A stretch of DNA of 60,740 bases, the filler included, from Catajapyx aquilonaris (taxonomy: Eukaryota): the NCBI GenBank assembly GCA_000934665.2. It is 2 parts of 2 records of this genome, joined end to end, with 100 filler letters (N's around TTAATTAATTAA, not from the genome) between each part and the next. Parts side by side here need not be neighbours in the genome. Positions count along the whole stretch, not along the records: positions 1 to 30,305 come from JYFJ02004668.1; 1 more part is not named here. One strand, 5' to 3'. Position 1 is the first letter of the stretch, and each line of letters starts with the position of its first letter. Shown piece after piece: positions 1-12,243 of this stretch. The notes below the pieces were generated by a model that was given only the letters and a program-made list of their open reading frames with translations, was not told where the DNA came from and did no database searches. The translations under genes and the position numbers were made by a program.

Positions 1-2093
1 GCCCCATATAGCCTTCCGGATTAGGAGCATGCTGTTGACTGTGCTCACTGGTACACCATATACTCCTGCCTGATATACAGCCCGCTTGGAGTGTTGGAGT
101 CAGGTTGGAGTAGTGCGTCCTTCGTTGGTGGAAGTTTCTTCATTGACTTACTCTTCTGACAGAACAGCTCCTTCCTGGCTTCATTCACATTGTCCAGTTC
201 ACAGTTCTTATCACACAAAATCACGGTGAAGCGTTCTAGTAGTTGAAAATATTTATCATCAATATCAAGTTCTGTGTAAGGGTGGAGTGCCAAGTAGGTA
301 AAGGCACGTGTCACTTGAGGATGACAATTCCATGCCTCCCCCGAGTTGATGTTGTGTGGGACAAGTACATTCCAGCAAGCCTCAAAGAAGCCACTAGAGA
401 AACGCGAGGCAAGGGTTTAGGAGAAAGTGTGAAGGAAGTCACTTGGGTGTAGAGAAATCCTTGGCCCTCCCTGTATTCCATAGTTTCACGGGATGTGATA
501 CCACTTCATCATTTTTTGGACGAGGCAAGAAATCTTCGTGGGAGGCATGGAATTGTCATCCTCAAGTGACACGTGCCTTTACCTACTTGGCACTCCACCC
601 TTACACAGAACTTGATATTGCTGATAAATATTTTCAACTACTAGAACGCTTCACCGTGATTTTGTGTGATAAGAACTGTGAACTGGACAATGTGAATGAA
701 GCCAGGAAGGAGCTGTTCTGTCAGAAGAGTAAGTCAATGGAGAAACTTCCACCAACGAAGGACGCACTACTCCAACCTGACTCCCAACACTCCAAGCGGG
801 CTGTATATCAGGCAGGAGTATATGGTGTACCAGTGAGCACAGTCAACAGCATGCTCCTAATCCGGAAGGCTATATGGGGCTGGACTCAGAAAGTAGACAG
901 TGCCTAATGGGTTCCTGTATGGAACACGTTACCTATTTCTTCAGAGGCATGTACTGAATTGGTTTGATGTAATTGTAAGAGTCAAAGAGGGTGCACTGGT
1001 AGGTGTGCTTGCAGAACTGCTCGTTGTAATTGTAGCTACTGAACTGTGCAAAATAATGTCGATGTCTGAATAATACATCAGCAATTCATGTGAAGCCAAT
1101 CCTTCATATCATTCAACATCTTTCACATACGATATCATGATACGATTTATTGTCTTTGAATTGAATGATTAAGTATTATGTTGTTTTTCATGTATATTTG
1201 GTTTTGGCGAATCCTTTGTAAATGGTAGCATATCATTGGTTATATGCAGTGACCGCATTTAAACTTCTTTCATGCGATTGTTTGAATGTCTTAATTTTCA
1301 AAACAGCTAATTGGTGCTTTGTTTGTAATTGGTTCATGTGTTAGTGAATAAATATGTAGTCTGATGCGTTTAATAATTGTGTAGTTGTATTACCTGGCCC
1401 CAAATATGTATATTTCGACACCAAGCTTGTGGTCCTAAGTGATTTAGAAGCCGAGAAATGGATAATTTGCCTATATTTCAAAATGGCCGCTGTAAAACCC
1501 AAGATGGCCGACGGAGGGGTTGGCTCCTATCAAAAATTGAAAGCTAAGCACCTATAGTCCCCGGCGGGTTAACTTGGCAGTCCCCCCACCCAACACTCCC
1601 AGCCAATGGCGTGCCTGGATTGTGATGGAGGGAAATGGAGGAGTCGAGGTGGAGTGGGGCTGAGTGACATTCACCGGAACATCCGCAGGATCAGTCGCCG
1701 GATGCTTCGCCGGAAGCTAGGCCGGGTGCTTGAAACCATGTGTACAAATTGTAATTAAAGGTTTGCTTTAAGATGTGTGTCGCAACAATTCACGTCATCA
1801 ATATTTCCAATATTAATTGTCATCACAGTAGTCCTTAAGAGGTCAGCGTGGCGGAGGGATGTGACGTAGAAGGCAGCGAGAGGTAGGGCAACGAGGTTGG
1901 GGCTATGGGGTAGAGCTTGGGGTAGAGGAGGTAGGCAGCGGCGGGGAGAGGTGGGGGGGCAAGAGGGGGCGTTGCCAGAAACTCCCACCCTGACACGTTA
2001 GGAGGCAGTCTACTATAGTACCTGGAAAAAATTTGGTGCTTTTGTCCGGTGTGTCCACATTGACTCGAAATTCGACGTTAAGCGACCCTACTA
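1..2093 (+). mobile_element. Degenerate Academ-type (XPG/PIN nuclease + Cys-rich) DNA transposon 3' part, with inverted duplication and a nested insertion
   Basis: Fragments RVDVVWDKY..SLKEATRETRGKG, FHSFTGCDTTSSFFGRGKKSSW, LPPTKDALLQ..KRAVYQAG, WGW and a broken Cys cluster (950-1050); terminus ...GGTGCTTTTGTCCGG...CCCTACTA at 2093. Superfamily assignment from recalled domain architecture. Confidence 0.7.
1559..2012. mobile_element. Unclassified insertion of about 450 bp inside the Academ-like end
   Basis: Flanked by CTATAGT at 1552-1558 and 2013-2019. Confidence 0.5.
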
Positions 2094-2806
2094 CACTGGT
2101 TCCTCACCATCTCTTTGAGGTGCAAAAGAGCCACCCTTTTGCCTTCGCTTGGAACTCGATCGCATTGAGGGCGATGGTTTTTTTAAACAGTTTGTGGAGA
2201 CAGATGACACATGGCTCCAGTCATAGTGCTCTGGCTTGTCCCACACTCGAAAGCAAGCTCCCGTGTTGTCCATCTCCGAGAGTCCAGCATGCAGTGTCCA
2301 ACAGCTCCAACGCGTCAGGCTCGGGTCTTTTTAGAGCGATGGTGCGGCGGTGGTGGTGGTTGGGGGGGGGGGGTGTCATAATCCCCTTTTGTATCCCTGC
2401 CTCCCTCGCGATATGGGCGACCTCATATGCCAGATCAAATTGTAATCGCTGGAGCTTCAAAACTCAGCAACGGTCATCTCTGTATGTGTTACCAATTTTG
2501 AATTTAAAAATACCTGCCATGACTTATGAATCAACCCACGTATATCGCTCAGTGGTACAATGCAAAACTAGCACATGTTCTTCTAATTTAAAAAAAGTCA
2601 AGAACCCCAAAAAAGTTGAGGCACTTACACAGTTATTGGCCAAATATTGTACATACAGTATGTTGTAAACCCAAAAGCACATATACAGAAAGCCACAATT
2701 CAAGTTTAACACACACACAATATGTAAAAGCATAACTATCCCACACCTAATGATGACTATTTAGCAGAAAAATCAGTGATGGTCTCTCCATCTAAAAAGT
2801 ACTCAC

Positions 2807-2997
2807 CAGCAGGACATCCCTGATGCCAAACTCAGACTTCCAGTCCTTCTTCAGAACATTGACACAAATCTCACCATTTTTGGCCACATTGGGATGGAAA
2901 AGTTTAGTTATAAACAGGCCCTTGGGTGGTGAGAGTGGAAAGTCCTTGCTAAGCACCAGTTTGACTCGGAATATACCACCAGCATATGGGGTGCCAG
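2807..2997 (-). CDS. UBE2S: UBE2S coding exon (191 nt) with catalytic Cys
   Basis: ctttcag|CTGGCACCCCATAT...GTCCTGCTG|gtgagt; encodes GTPYAGG...[20 protein letters not shown]. Confidence 0.95.
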
Positions 2998-5389
2998 CTG
3001 AAAGATTATTTCATGAGTAGGAGGTCTAATAGCATGCAAAAATGTGATAGCCACCATGCTTAGAAAATGAAATGCCAATGCTCATTTCAATGCCACTGAG
3101 CTCAGATGAGTTACAGATCTTCTACAAGTTCAGAAACCTCTTTACCAGGTCCTTCAATCGAAGCTTGGATGTCACTGATGTCCTCATCATTGACGTGGAT
3201 TCGGATCCCTTCGGGCGGATTATTCTTCAGATCACTCACCTCTTTTGCCACCTGGCGTATAACCATTGGCGAGAGGTTTTCCATGTTGGAGGACTGAAAG
3301 GGACAGGCCCAGATGAAAATGACTTGTGTTTCTTACAGTGCCATCAGCCAACATTTACATACTTTAAGATTTGCCTAGAATACTTCACTCTTTAACTATT
3401 ACACTTATCCCCCTTTGCCACTCCTACCCCACCCCTCCACACACGCAAAACTTCAAATGTAAAACTTTGCTATCTATTGTACAGTCCCGCTCATAAAGAA
3501 TGGTACGACTCTATGGACGACGTGTTTATTCTGACTATCCAGCATTATTCCCAACCTGATTTCATAGCGACACTTTGGACAACTTGTCCTAGATCCCTGG
3601 CGACCCATATGACCCCCTCCCGACTTTTTCCGAAATTTTTTATTACCAAAATGTTCAACCTGGTACAATGCTTACATAGATTTGAGATGAATTTACCCCG
3701 TTAAATTTTCTTACTTTGCCTTGTTTTTTTCTTCTCTTTTTTTTGTGATTTTGATTGCCTTTTCCCAGGCTTCCTCATGACCCCTAAAAACATGGTGGTG
3801 ACACAGGGGTTGGAACAGAATAAACATTTTGCCTATAGAGTCGTACCATTCTTTATGAGCGGTACTGTACATCACCAGGGGAGGCGGAGTGGCGCTGCGG
3901 TAACGTATGCGCCCAAGGATGTTAAGGTCCCGGATTCGATCCCAGCCCGGGGACACCCCCTTCATCAGTTCATGGTCACCTCTGGCTTCGTCTCGGGTGG
4001 TATTTCCAATAGACTAAACCACCTGGGGGAGTTCACTAAAAATGGCCACATTAAGACATTAGGTGAATTCGTTTATGGCTGAGTGTAGCAATAGTGTAGC
4101 AATATTGTAGCTCCAGCGAGAGTTCTGCATTCGTTTATGATGAGGGCTGCTCTAAAGGGGCGGGGCTTGGTGTAGCACTGCATTTGTTTATCCCAGAGCA
4201 AGGGTCGGGTGTACAGCGAGTGTAGCTCCGGCCTGCACGCTCGTTCGGGAGGGTGCAAGCGGTGTAGCAGTGGGTGTAGCTCCTCTTCCACTGTGACGTT
4301 TCACACATGTGACCAGGCTGCGCTAGAGCTACACTCCAGTGCTACACTCAGCCATAAACGAATTCACCTATTGCACTGCACCTTGCACATCCCCTCCTGT
4401 CATCCTGCCCGTAGGCCCGGGCATTTCAAAAATATGGTCTACGTATAAGTTACAATAAAGGTCCGTGCCGCATACCCTATATAGGGTCAGGCACTACCCA
4501 AGAATTATTATTATTGGGCAATTCCACGAAAGAGGGGTGCGGTTCTTACATCTTGACGCAGTTGGAATCTGAGTGACTAAAATCGACAGCATGTGGACCA
4601 TGGTTTCCTTAGCCATGTTAGTTTGTGACAGGATCATTCCCAACAACACAGTATTATTCCCAGAGTATCTAAGCGTGCGCTCTGTGATATCCGTTCGGCT
4701 AATGCGCATTGCCAGCTGGTTATTCGCTGTACTGATATGTGAAAGGAAGAGAGACAGACGTCTTCATATAATTCAAGTGCACAAAATGCAACATCGATCT
4801 GTGCAATCACTTTGCTGCATTCATGAATGTGCGACCTTCCACAGCCACGCCAAAAGGTATCCAAACGGCAAAAACTGACCTAGTTCCTATTTCAGTGCAG
4901 TGGAGCCATTATAAGACTGAATTCACAGACATTCCAATCTCCAAAAATTTATGCTACTCCCAGTAAATCGCTGTACGTAGTACGTAACGATTCCGGGTGG
5001 TACGTAACGGGTGGATATCTCAAATGTTTTCACATTCAAAATGAGAATTCTCCCAATCTAATGGCATGATGAGGTTCCTCGCACCCTACTCCCCCACATG
5101 CACTTGAGCTTGGAAACCTGTGCTGTCAAATTTCGCAGAGTTTCCCCCTAGTTGCATATACCCCAGAAACAGGTGTCCAATGACGGATTGTATGTAACGA
5201 GATTTCAGACAATCGCACACGCGTGGATGGCCATCGAATGTAATTTCCATGATGTCCCTCACCTTCACATTTCTGCGCTGCATCTGATTTTCATAAGTTA
5301 ATCTATTACGGCAAGTATCTAGCCGCGGTGGACTCCTAAACACCTCAATACAGCTTCCGATGGTCTGTACATAACGCGTGGAATTTCCC

Positions 5390-5459
<70 letters not shown>

Positions 5460-6914
5460 CTGTACATCACCTTGATGAATGCCCTTCATGGAGAAATGCT
5501 AAATGTTACTATCAAATAAGCCAGGAATGTGTGGCCTAAAATAAATATATATTTCGCCTTGAACATTAAGATTTCTGATAGAGAATGTGCCTAAGGCCTG
5601 CATACATAATGGATATTCAAATGAAGCCAGCATTTACACTAGGTTGAGAGGGGTTCATTCATCCCCTATTTGTATGCATAATGGCTCTTCAAACTTGAAC
5701 CTTAGGGTCGAGTTAGACCTGAGGTCAATCCTATCTCCCAAGTAGTGTTGACTTCAGCAGCAGTGGTTGAGAGCATTTGAAAATGGTAGGCTGACTCAAG
5801 TTTGAAGAAGTGTTTTGGAACTTTCAGGAGGAGGTTGAAGTTGGGTGACATGGAATGGTACAACCTCATAAGGACAGGTCTGGGGGGCAGGAGTGCCCCA
5901 CAAAAGTGTATGATGCCATTTATTCCAGGAAGTGAGGTACAGTTCCAAGGTCTGATTACAGTATTCCCGCGTTCCTATTTCACATGAGCAATTCCAGCAT
6001 TACGGACATTATAATGGCATGCACAAAGGGGGAAAGATGGCTGCTTTCGGAGCGGGTCATTTCACCAACACCCACCTGGCCGACAGGCCATTTCACCGAC
6101 AGACATTTCACCAACATACCCATTCCACTGACATACCCATTCCACCGACAAGCCATTTCACCGACAAGGAGGTTCCCCGACAGGGCGTTTCACAGACAGT
6201 CATTTGATCGACAAATTTACCCACACAATTCCAATATGAAAACCATCCAGTCACTGGAGAGACGGGGTCCAGATCACACATCATTTTCACGTTTCCCACG
6301 AGAATATCTTTTAGCGAATCAGTCACCTGCAGCATCCCCAGTAAGCAGTTGTTGTCCGGGTGTCTGACTACAGGTATTTCATTCATGCAATGTAATTGGA
6401 AATGTACATATTCCGTTTATATTTTATAGAAATGGGAGACATCTGTCGTGGTTCCTTCCATATGGGGCGCTGCGAAAATGAGGTGTGATCTGGATCCCGT
6501 CTCTCCAGGGACTGGATGGTTTTCATATCGGAATTGTGTGGGTATTTGTCGATCAAATGACTGTCGGTGAAACGCCCTGTCGGGGAACCTCCTTGTCGGT
6601 GAAATGGCTTGTCGGTGAAATGTCTGTCGGTGAAATGGCCTGTCGGCCGGGTGGGTGTCGGTGAAATGACCCACACCCCTCGGAGCCGCACCTTGGAGGT
6701 GTCTGGCAACCTAACCGCCTGGGGAACAGCACACGACCGCTTTTCAGATAATGCACTTGCACCTACGTTCCCTCCCCAAAAATCCCTACCCTTACCCAAT
6801 GTCCTTGATTTCCCTGCACCAGAGTTCGAAGAAAAATGAAAAAATATCACAGCAAATATGGGCGTGTCCCACCCCCATAAGAGAGCCACTGGCTCTATCA
6901 TGGGTAGCGCAAAA

Positions 6915-6945
<31 letters not shown>

Positions 6946-9900
6946 ATACAGTATACAGTGTAAAGTTGCTGATCCAACAAACTGCTTACGTCACGTGTGT
7001 TCGTTTACATGCATGAAAGAACGTAGTTTCCCAGTTATTTATTAATTATACAGTATTTATGTTGAACTTGGTGTCGGTCAACATACGCAGAAGTGATTGG
7101 AAGTGGAGGAATAATGATAAACACATAATAAATATATAATTATGGGGAGCATTGGGAGCCCGTTCGTAAGTACAGATCGCCGTAAGTCGAATCATTTGTA
7201 ACCCGGGGACTTCCTGCATATGGAAATATACAGGGTGAAGGGAAACTCGCGCCAAATCTCAAGGTAGATTGATAGTACTCGTAAAACTAATATAGGGATG
7301 TACAATTGATTTTGATTGCCGTTGCGTTGTTAATGCGTACGGCGACTTTAAAGTGTAGAGGGCCGGATGGTAAAATATGAGGTAAAAACGATGAAGTGCA
7401 CGGTGTCATACCTGGATTATTACTTGGACATGATTTGATCACCTATTGCACATGGACGATGTGTTACGGACCCAAGGCTGGATTGTTCAGAGGCCCTTGA
7501 GCTGGCTTTTGCTTCTTTGAAGCTGGCGGAACAGACGTGACATCACGAAACTTTGACGGCGCCGTACCCATTAACTATCCAATGGCACCCAAATTTAATT
7601 GCACATCCCTATATTAGTTTTACGAGTACTATCAGTCTACCTGGCGATTGTCCGCGAGTTTCCCTTCACCCTGTATACATTCTAGGGAGGGGTGACTGAT
7701 TATCATTGATTATAACTCGGCAGTAATTAATCTTGTTTTTCTGCATATGCATGTGCACAGTAATGATCATAATTATGTAACTATTCTGCACTGTTATTTC
7801 TTAGCATGTCACATGTGCAAATTTTCATGGCCATTTCTTTATGTCCTCCCGCAGGGAGCTTGGGCACCCATGAAAAATCGGTCACATATGTACGTTGTCT
7901 ACACACCTACACACGTACGTATGAAACAAGCAGGTCTGTGTACTGGAGTTTAAGTTGGTCTATGCCTTTTCAACACGAAGAGAAAATTTTCTCCTACCAT
8001 AATTTTTTTTTCACCTGTCATGTTGACATTATCGTGGAATTGCTCATACATATGTATACGAATCCTGGATTCAACTAGGACTCACTCTCAACTTTTCAAT
8101 TTGAGCAGTCATTATCCATATGGGTCGTAATGCCAGTGTTATTGAACAATATGTGAATCAAAATATTGGGCATCCTCCACCAAAGTCATAAATATTGAGA
8201 TAGAAACTTATTACAGGTTCTTGGCAGCTTGTTTCCATTTCACATATTCACAACTTTTTGACTCACCAATATTTGCTTCTCTCCTGATGCCACTTTTGCT
8301 CTTATCAAGCAAACTTTTTTAAACATATGTAAGAGTGTGAATTGTTTGAGATACTAGCACACTCATTTTATCTTGATCACATTATAATAGAGCAGTGGTT
8401 CCCAACCTGGGGGGCGTAAGAGGATTTCAAGGGGGGCGTGAGGCCATGAGAAATACGTAAAATAATGTAACATGTTTCCGCTTGGCGCTGCTGGAAATAT
8501 GAAGGGACCGACTTTTCTCCTTGCTTGTATCCGATGTGCTTACAGTGTAGGAAAATTCCACTGTACTTTGTCAGCTACATTCGCCTAAACTTTGTGACCT
8601 TGAACATAAAAAAATTTCGCCTGCGGCGGGCTGGTCCTACTACCCCCTCCCCTTCCTCCACACCATGCTCCACACTCATGTATAGTGCTGGACATTAATT
8701 CCGTCTTACTGCTCGAGACATTTTCCGATGCGGCAGAAGTGCAAAGCGGTTCGCACTGTTCGCCCTCAATCAATTTGCTTTGCACTTCTGCCGCATCGGA
8801 AAATGTCTCGAGCAGTATGACAGAATTAATGTCCAGCAGTGTACACCCCCCATTTTCATTCCACCCCTTCTCTTCAAAATCTTTGCTCTATTTTAGTGCC
8901 TAACTGGCCAAAATTGGTCTAAACTGGTTGAACATTTCCAGACATCTGAATAATTAAAAATCATATCTTAAGATATTATGAAGGAAGCTATTAATTCAAC
9001 AACATGCCTGCAATGAGTAAGTGCTCATTGGTACTTCTACATAAGGTGTGATTATTTGAACATAACAAAAACAATGAAACCTGCCTCGAGGTATGGCTAA
9101 TTTACACAAAAAAGTTCAATTCCGAACATGTTCCCATAATACAGTGGAGTGTCATTACCATATTGATTTTTTATAAAAGCCACCCATAATTCCAAAATTT
9201 AAAAATTAAAGCATTCTGTTTGGCATCTCCTGTTGCCTAGTTGATTCCCCTCTTTCTTCCCATTTCCACCTTGTAGCTGGTTGTTCATAGACAGAACTTG
9301 GCCAGTTAGTTTGTAATCAACTAATTCGAATACCAGGTGTTGGAGGAGTGCAATCCATAGTTTAAGTAGCAGTCAGCTCTACGTGATGGTTATAAAGATT
9401 GGCGGAACAGGGCATTACTTGGACAAACAAAATAGGATTACAGGCCATTTCAGATTACTAGGCTCTCACTCTGGTTGCACTAACACCTTTTGAACTTATA
9501 GAGACCCTAAATATGATAATGTTATTAAGTTCATGAGTAATTAAAGACATGTTTCTATCTTGATCTTTCCGATGCATTATTCTAGTCGCGTATAGTCTAA
9601 ATGATCATGTTTGTGTATTAATATACCATATATTGTGACAGTGTAGTTAAACTTTATTATGTAATTACTTTCCAAACATAATGTAGGCCTACTATAATAA
9701 TTGAGGGCTGTGGGGGAAAACACGATAACCCACATTTTTGTCATTTTTTACCAAAACACCTAGCAACTATGTATAAGACATGACAAACAGTTTGGTATAC
9801 TCCAAGTTCATGTATCATGCATGAGACGGCCACACGGACTAGATCAAAACCAGCATTCCCTATGATTTGTTAAGCAAATTCAAACTTCAATTCGCTCTCC

Positions 9901-11571
9901 TGAAAAATTACTCTTTTGTCAGTTATCATGTTTTTCCCCCACACCCCCCAATTGTATGAGACGGAGATTCCCCTGTACAGGCCACCGACACTGGGTAAAT
10001 AAATTTACTTACTATAGAGAAGCTATACCATGAACTTAAGAATTAATGCACGTCCATATAGGTGAAGATTCAGTGGATGCTTGCTTGTCTCACCTTAAAC
10101 AAATCCCTTTCAGGATGGTTATTTCTTCTGACCACAATTTTTAGTGCAAGTTCATAATGTTAGATGTAAAAGGCATACTCAATTTTCCTATCTACTCTGG
10201 TACTGCAAAAATTTGCAATTGCATTCAGCAATTTTCACTTTAAAATCACCATAATAAGCACTTATTGTTCACCAAAGCATTTCATTAAATTAGTGATTTT
10301 GCAACACTGGTTACACAGGTACAAGTGGGGTAATACAGGGGAAGGATATGCTTTTGGACACACTTATATATCGTAACTTCCAATTTCAATGAACAACTGG
10401 CATCTCAACTAATCTGTTACAATTTACCATTGCTTGACACATTAATATAAAAATTATTCAATGTGCCCAACAGTGCCTTCTGTTGTGATTTTAATAAGGA
10501 AATAAGCACCAAATTGAGATTTTGAAATGCAGATTTTTGCAATACTCAAATAGGTCAAAATATTTTCTCCTTACAATATTATGAACTTCCACTATTGTGG
10601 TGGTTGAAAAAAAAATTTGAAATTGAAAAACACTGTTAAATGAGATTATGGCAGATCTCACCTCTCAGGATTTCCTACAACTAGATTGGCCAGTTAGAAT
10701 TTACTAAAGTTCATTTCGAGTAGAAACTACATATATTTGAAATTAATTATAACTTTTCATACGCCTTACTTGATGTGGGACTATTTTAACAAAATCCAGT
10801 TCATCACAGGACGGTTTAATAAATGTAGTGGAAGTGTGACAATGCCGAAGTGTCATTTCCTGGCATTGGTGCTTGAGAGTGAATTCAGATGCATTCCTTT
10901 GACTGGTGAGGGGGGATTGGTTGATGGAGCTCATAGAGGTCAATATAACTTAATGCACGTGAGGCTACATGAGTCGAACACGCATCCACAAAAATTTTGC
11001 CAACACAAATGTTAGCTCAATTCCGAAAGGCATGGTATATTTACGCATGTAAGGTGGAAAATAGTTTGTCTCCTCCTCGAGACAAAGCCCCCAGGCTTCG
11101 TAAAAGTAACAGGCATAAGGATGACATGATCATGACTTCGCACCTTTATGATCACCTGTTATTATCATGTAATTCTTATCCACAAACAGCAACTATTTGC
11201 AGCTAACTGATTCTGGTACAACTCCAACTTTCGAGCATTCATTCTGTGTGCAGTTCACAATGGTTCTGCCAGGTTTATGCTACCTCTTAGATCCGCCGTC
11301 ACAGTTACTTGGCCTACCATGAAGTTCCCAATGAGATGCACAGGACTACATTGCACTTTGCCGACCTGCAATGCAGTCTCTTCGGGAACCCAAGAACCAC
11401 ACCAACTCAGGGTGCTTTATCCACCCGACTGCTCAAAACTAGCAGAACTCGGCCACATGTTTGCTACAAAATCATACGTACAGTACCACACATTTTGGTA
11501 CCATCAAAGCAACCAAGCAATATTTTAACCCTCTTTTCTTAAAGAACCTTATGCGAACTTACGGCACTCAT
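2807..11571 (-). CDS. UBE2S: Ubiquitin-conjugating enzyme E2 S, 3'-partial; coding exons 11563-11571, 3146-3293, 2807-2997 (last exon lies left of the window)
   Basis: Spliced translation [116 protein letters not shown] has the UBC HPN motif, the catalytic Cys (GEICVNVLK) and the UBE2S-type N-terminus. All junctions are GT-AG and phase-compatible. The 9-nt first exon (ATGAGTGCC|gtaagt) is less certain; an in-frame ATG also exists at 3284. Confidence 0.92.
3146..3293 (-). CDS. UBE2S: UBE2S coding exon (148 nt)
   Basis: ctttcag|TCCTCCAACATG...GGACCTG|gtaaag; encodes [19 protein letters not shown]...IQASIEGP. Confidence 0.93.
3482..3867. mobile_element. Tc1/mariner-like MITE
   Basis: TA-flanked, about 30-bp TIRs CAGTCCCGCTCATAAAGAATGGTACGACTCTAT; related degenerate copy at 57108-57645. 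Confidence 0.8.
3878..4480 (+). mobile_element. tRNA-derived SINE family A, interrupted by a MITE
   Basis: GGGGAGG head, A box TGGCGCTGCGG, B box GATTCGATCCC; homologous to 48062-48391 and 58912-59265. Confidence 0.85.
4061..4369. mobile_element. MITE with 30-bp TIRs and 3-bp TSD (PIF/Harbinger-like)
   Basis: AGGTGAATTCGTTTATGGCTGAGTGTAGCA and its reverse complement; ATT duplicated relative to uninterrupted SINE copies. Confidence 0.85.
5391..5458. repeat. (ATT)n microsatellite
   Basis: Direct reading. Confidence 0.95.
6054..6672. mobile_element. Foldback MITE with about 200-bp inverted arms built of CATTTCACCGACA subrepeats
   Basis: 6054-6290 is the reverse complement of about 6478-6672. 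Confidence 0.8.
6688..6947 (+). mobile_element. 5'-truncated SINE family B with (AAAT)n tail
   Basis: Matches the 3' body of the copy at 16325-16679. Confidence 0.75.
7231..7673. mobile_element. Tc1/mariner-like MITE
   Basis: TA|CAGGGTGAAGGGAAACTCGCG...CGCGAGTTTCCCTTCACCCTG|TA with extended inverted arms. Confidence 0.8.
8393..8632. mobile_element. Partial hAT MITE, same family as 47030-47445
   Basis: Begins CAGTGGTTCCCAACC and aligns to the reverse complement of 47206-47445. Confidence 0.75.
8683..8843. repeat. Palindromic MITE-like hairpin
   Basis: About 60-bp arms (CTGGACATTAATT..CTCGAGACATTTTCCGATGCGGCAGAAGTGCAAAGC and complement). Confidence 0.75.
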
Positions 11572-11799
11572 CCTTTAGTGTCTCAAGGTCACAGCTCCCC
11601 TGGAAGGGCCTCCAGGCACCAAATCCGGAAAAAGGTGATTGAGCTCAAGACCTGAAAGCACGGTGCCAACTGTCGAGTGACTGCAAGACTCCAGCTCGGG
11701 AAACCAACTGCGACTGCGACAAGAGTAACGGTCGCTTCTCATTATTGCAATGTTGCGAGGGCATTAAAAGAAACCATTGGAAACATCACGTTTATAGCC

Positions 11800-11960
11800 A
11801 AGAATTTATACTTACAGTGTTCAAATTTCAAATTTTATAAGGAAAGTTGGGATTTCATTTATAAAGTAAAAGCTTATTTAGCAGATTGAGGGATTAATAT
11901 GTGGAGAACAGCTTGCAACAATGGTTGCGCAAGATGGCGGCGGTCTTCTCGAGTGTGCTT
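11800..11960 (-). promoter_or_regulatory. Probable UBE2S promoter / non-coding first exon
   Basis: YY1-like CCGCCATCTT on the minus strand at about 11931-11940, followed by a gtaagt donor near 11815 and a tttcag acceptor near 11653 leading to the MSA exon. Confidence 0.5.
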
Positions 11961-12243
11961 GTAGATACAGGTGAAAGTTGAGGCGGTAATGTGACCCAGA
12001 GGTACAATTGGTGGCTGCGATGTCTATGAGGGATTGGTGGTCCGATCCGTAATAGGAGGTAATCTTCTTCGCACCGTTGTGGATGTCAGGACGTAGTTAA
12101 TTTATAGGTGAGATGTGAAAAGTGACTGCACATAATGTTATTATTGTCAAATGATATTTCAGGTACCAACACTTGTGATTATGAGATATATTGCAATGAG
12201 TTTAAGTTGAACATGTAATTTTCTTTGGCCAGAATAATTTGGT

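Noticed and set aside
443..907. Host XPG/FEN1 nuclease gene
   Set aside because: Internally deleted, frameshifted near the end, intronless, duplicated in inverted form and followed by transposon-type termini
6054..6672. ORFs with [11 protein letters not shown] repeats
   Set aside because: Translations of MITE subrepeats, mirrored on both strands
11934..11975. Plus-strand gene starting at AAGATGGCGGCG
   Set aside because: Weak donor and no downstream exons; better explained as a YY1-type motif of the UBE2S promoter
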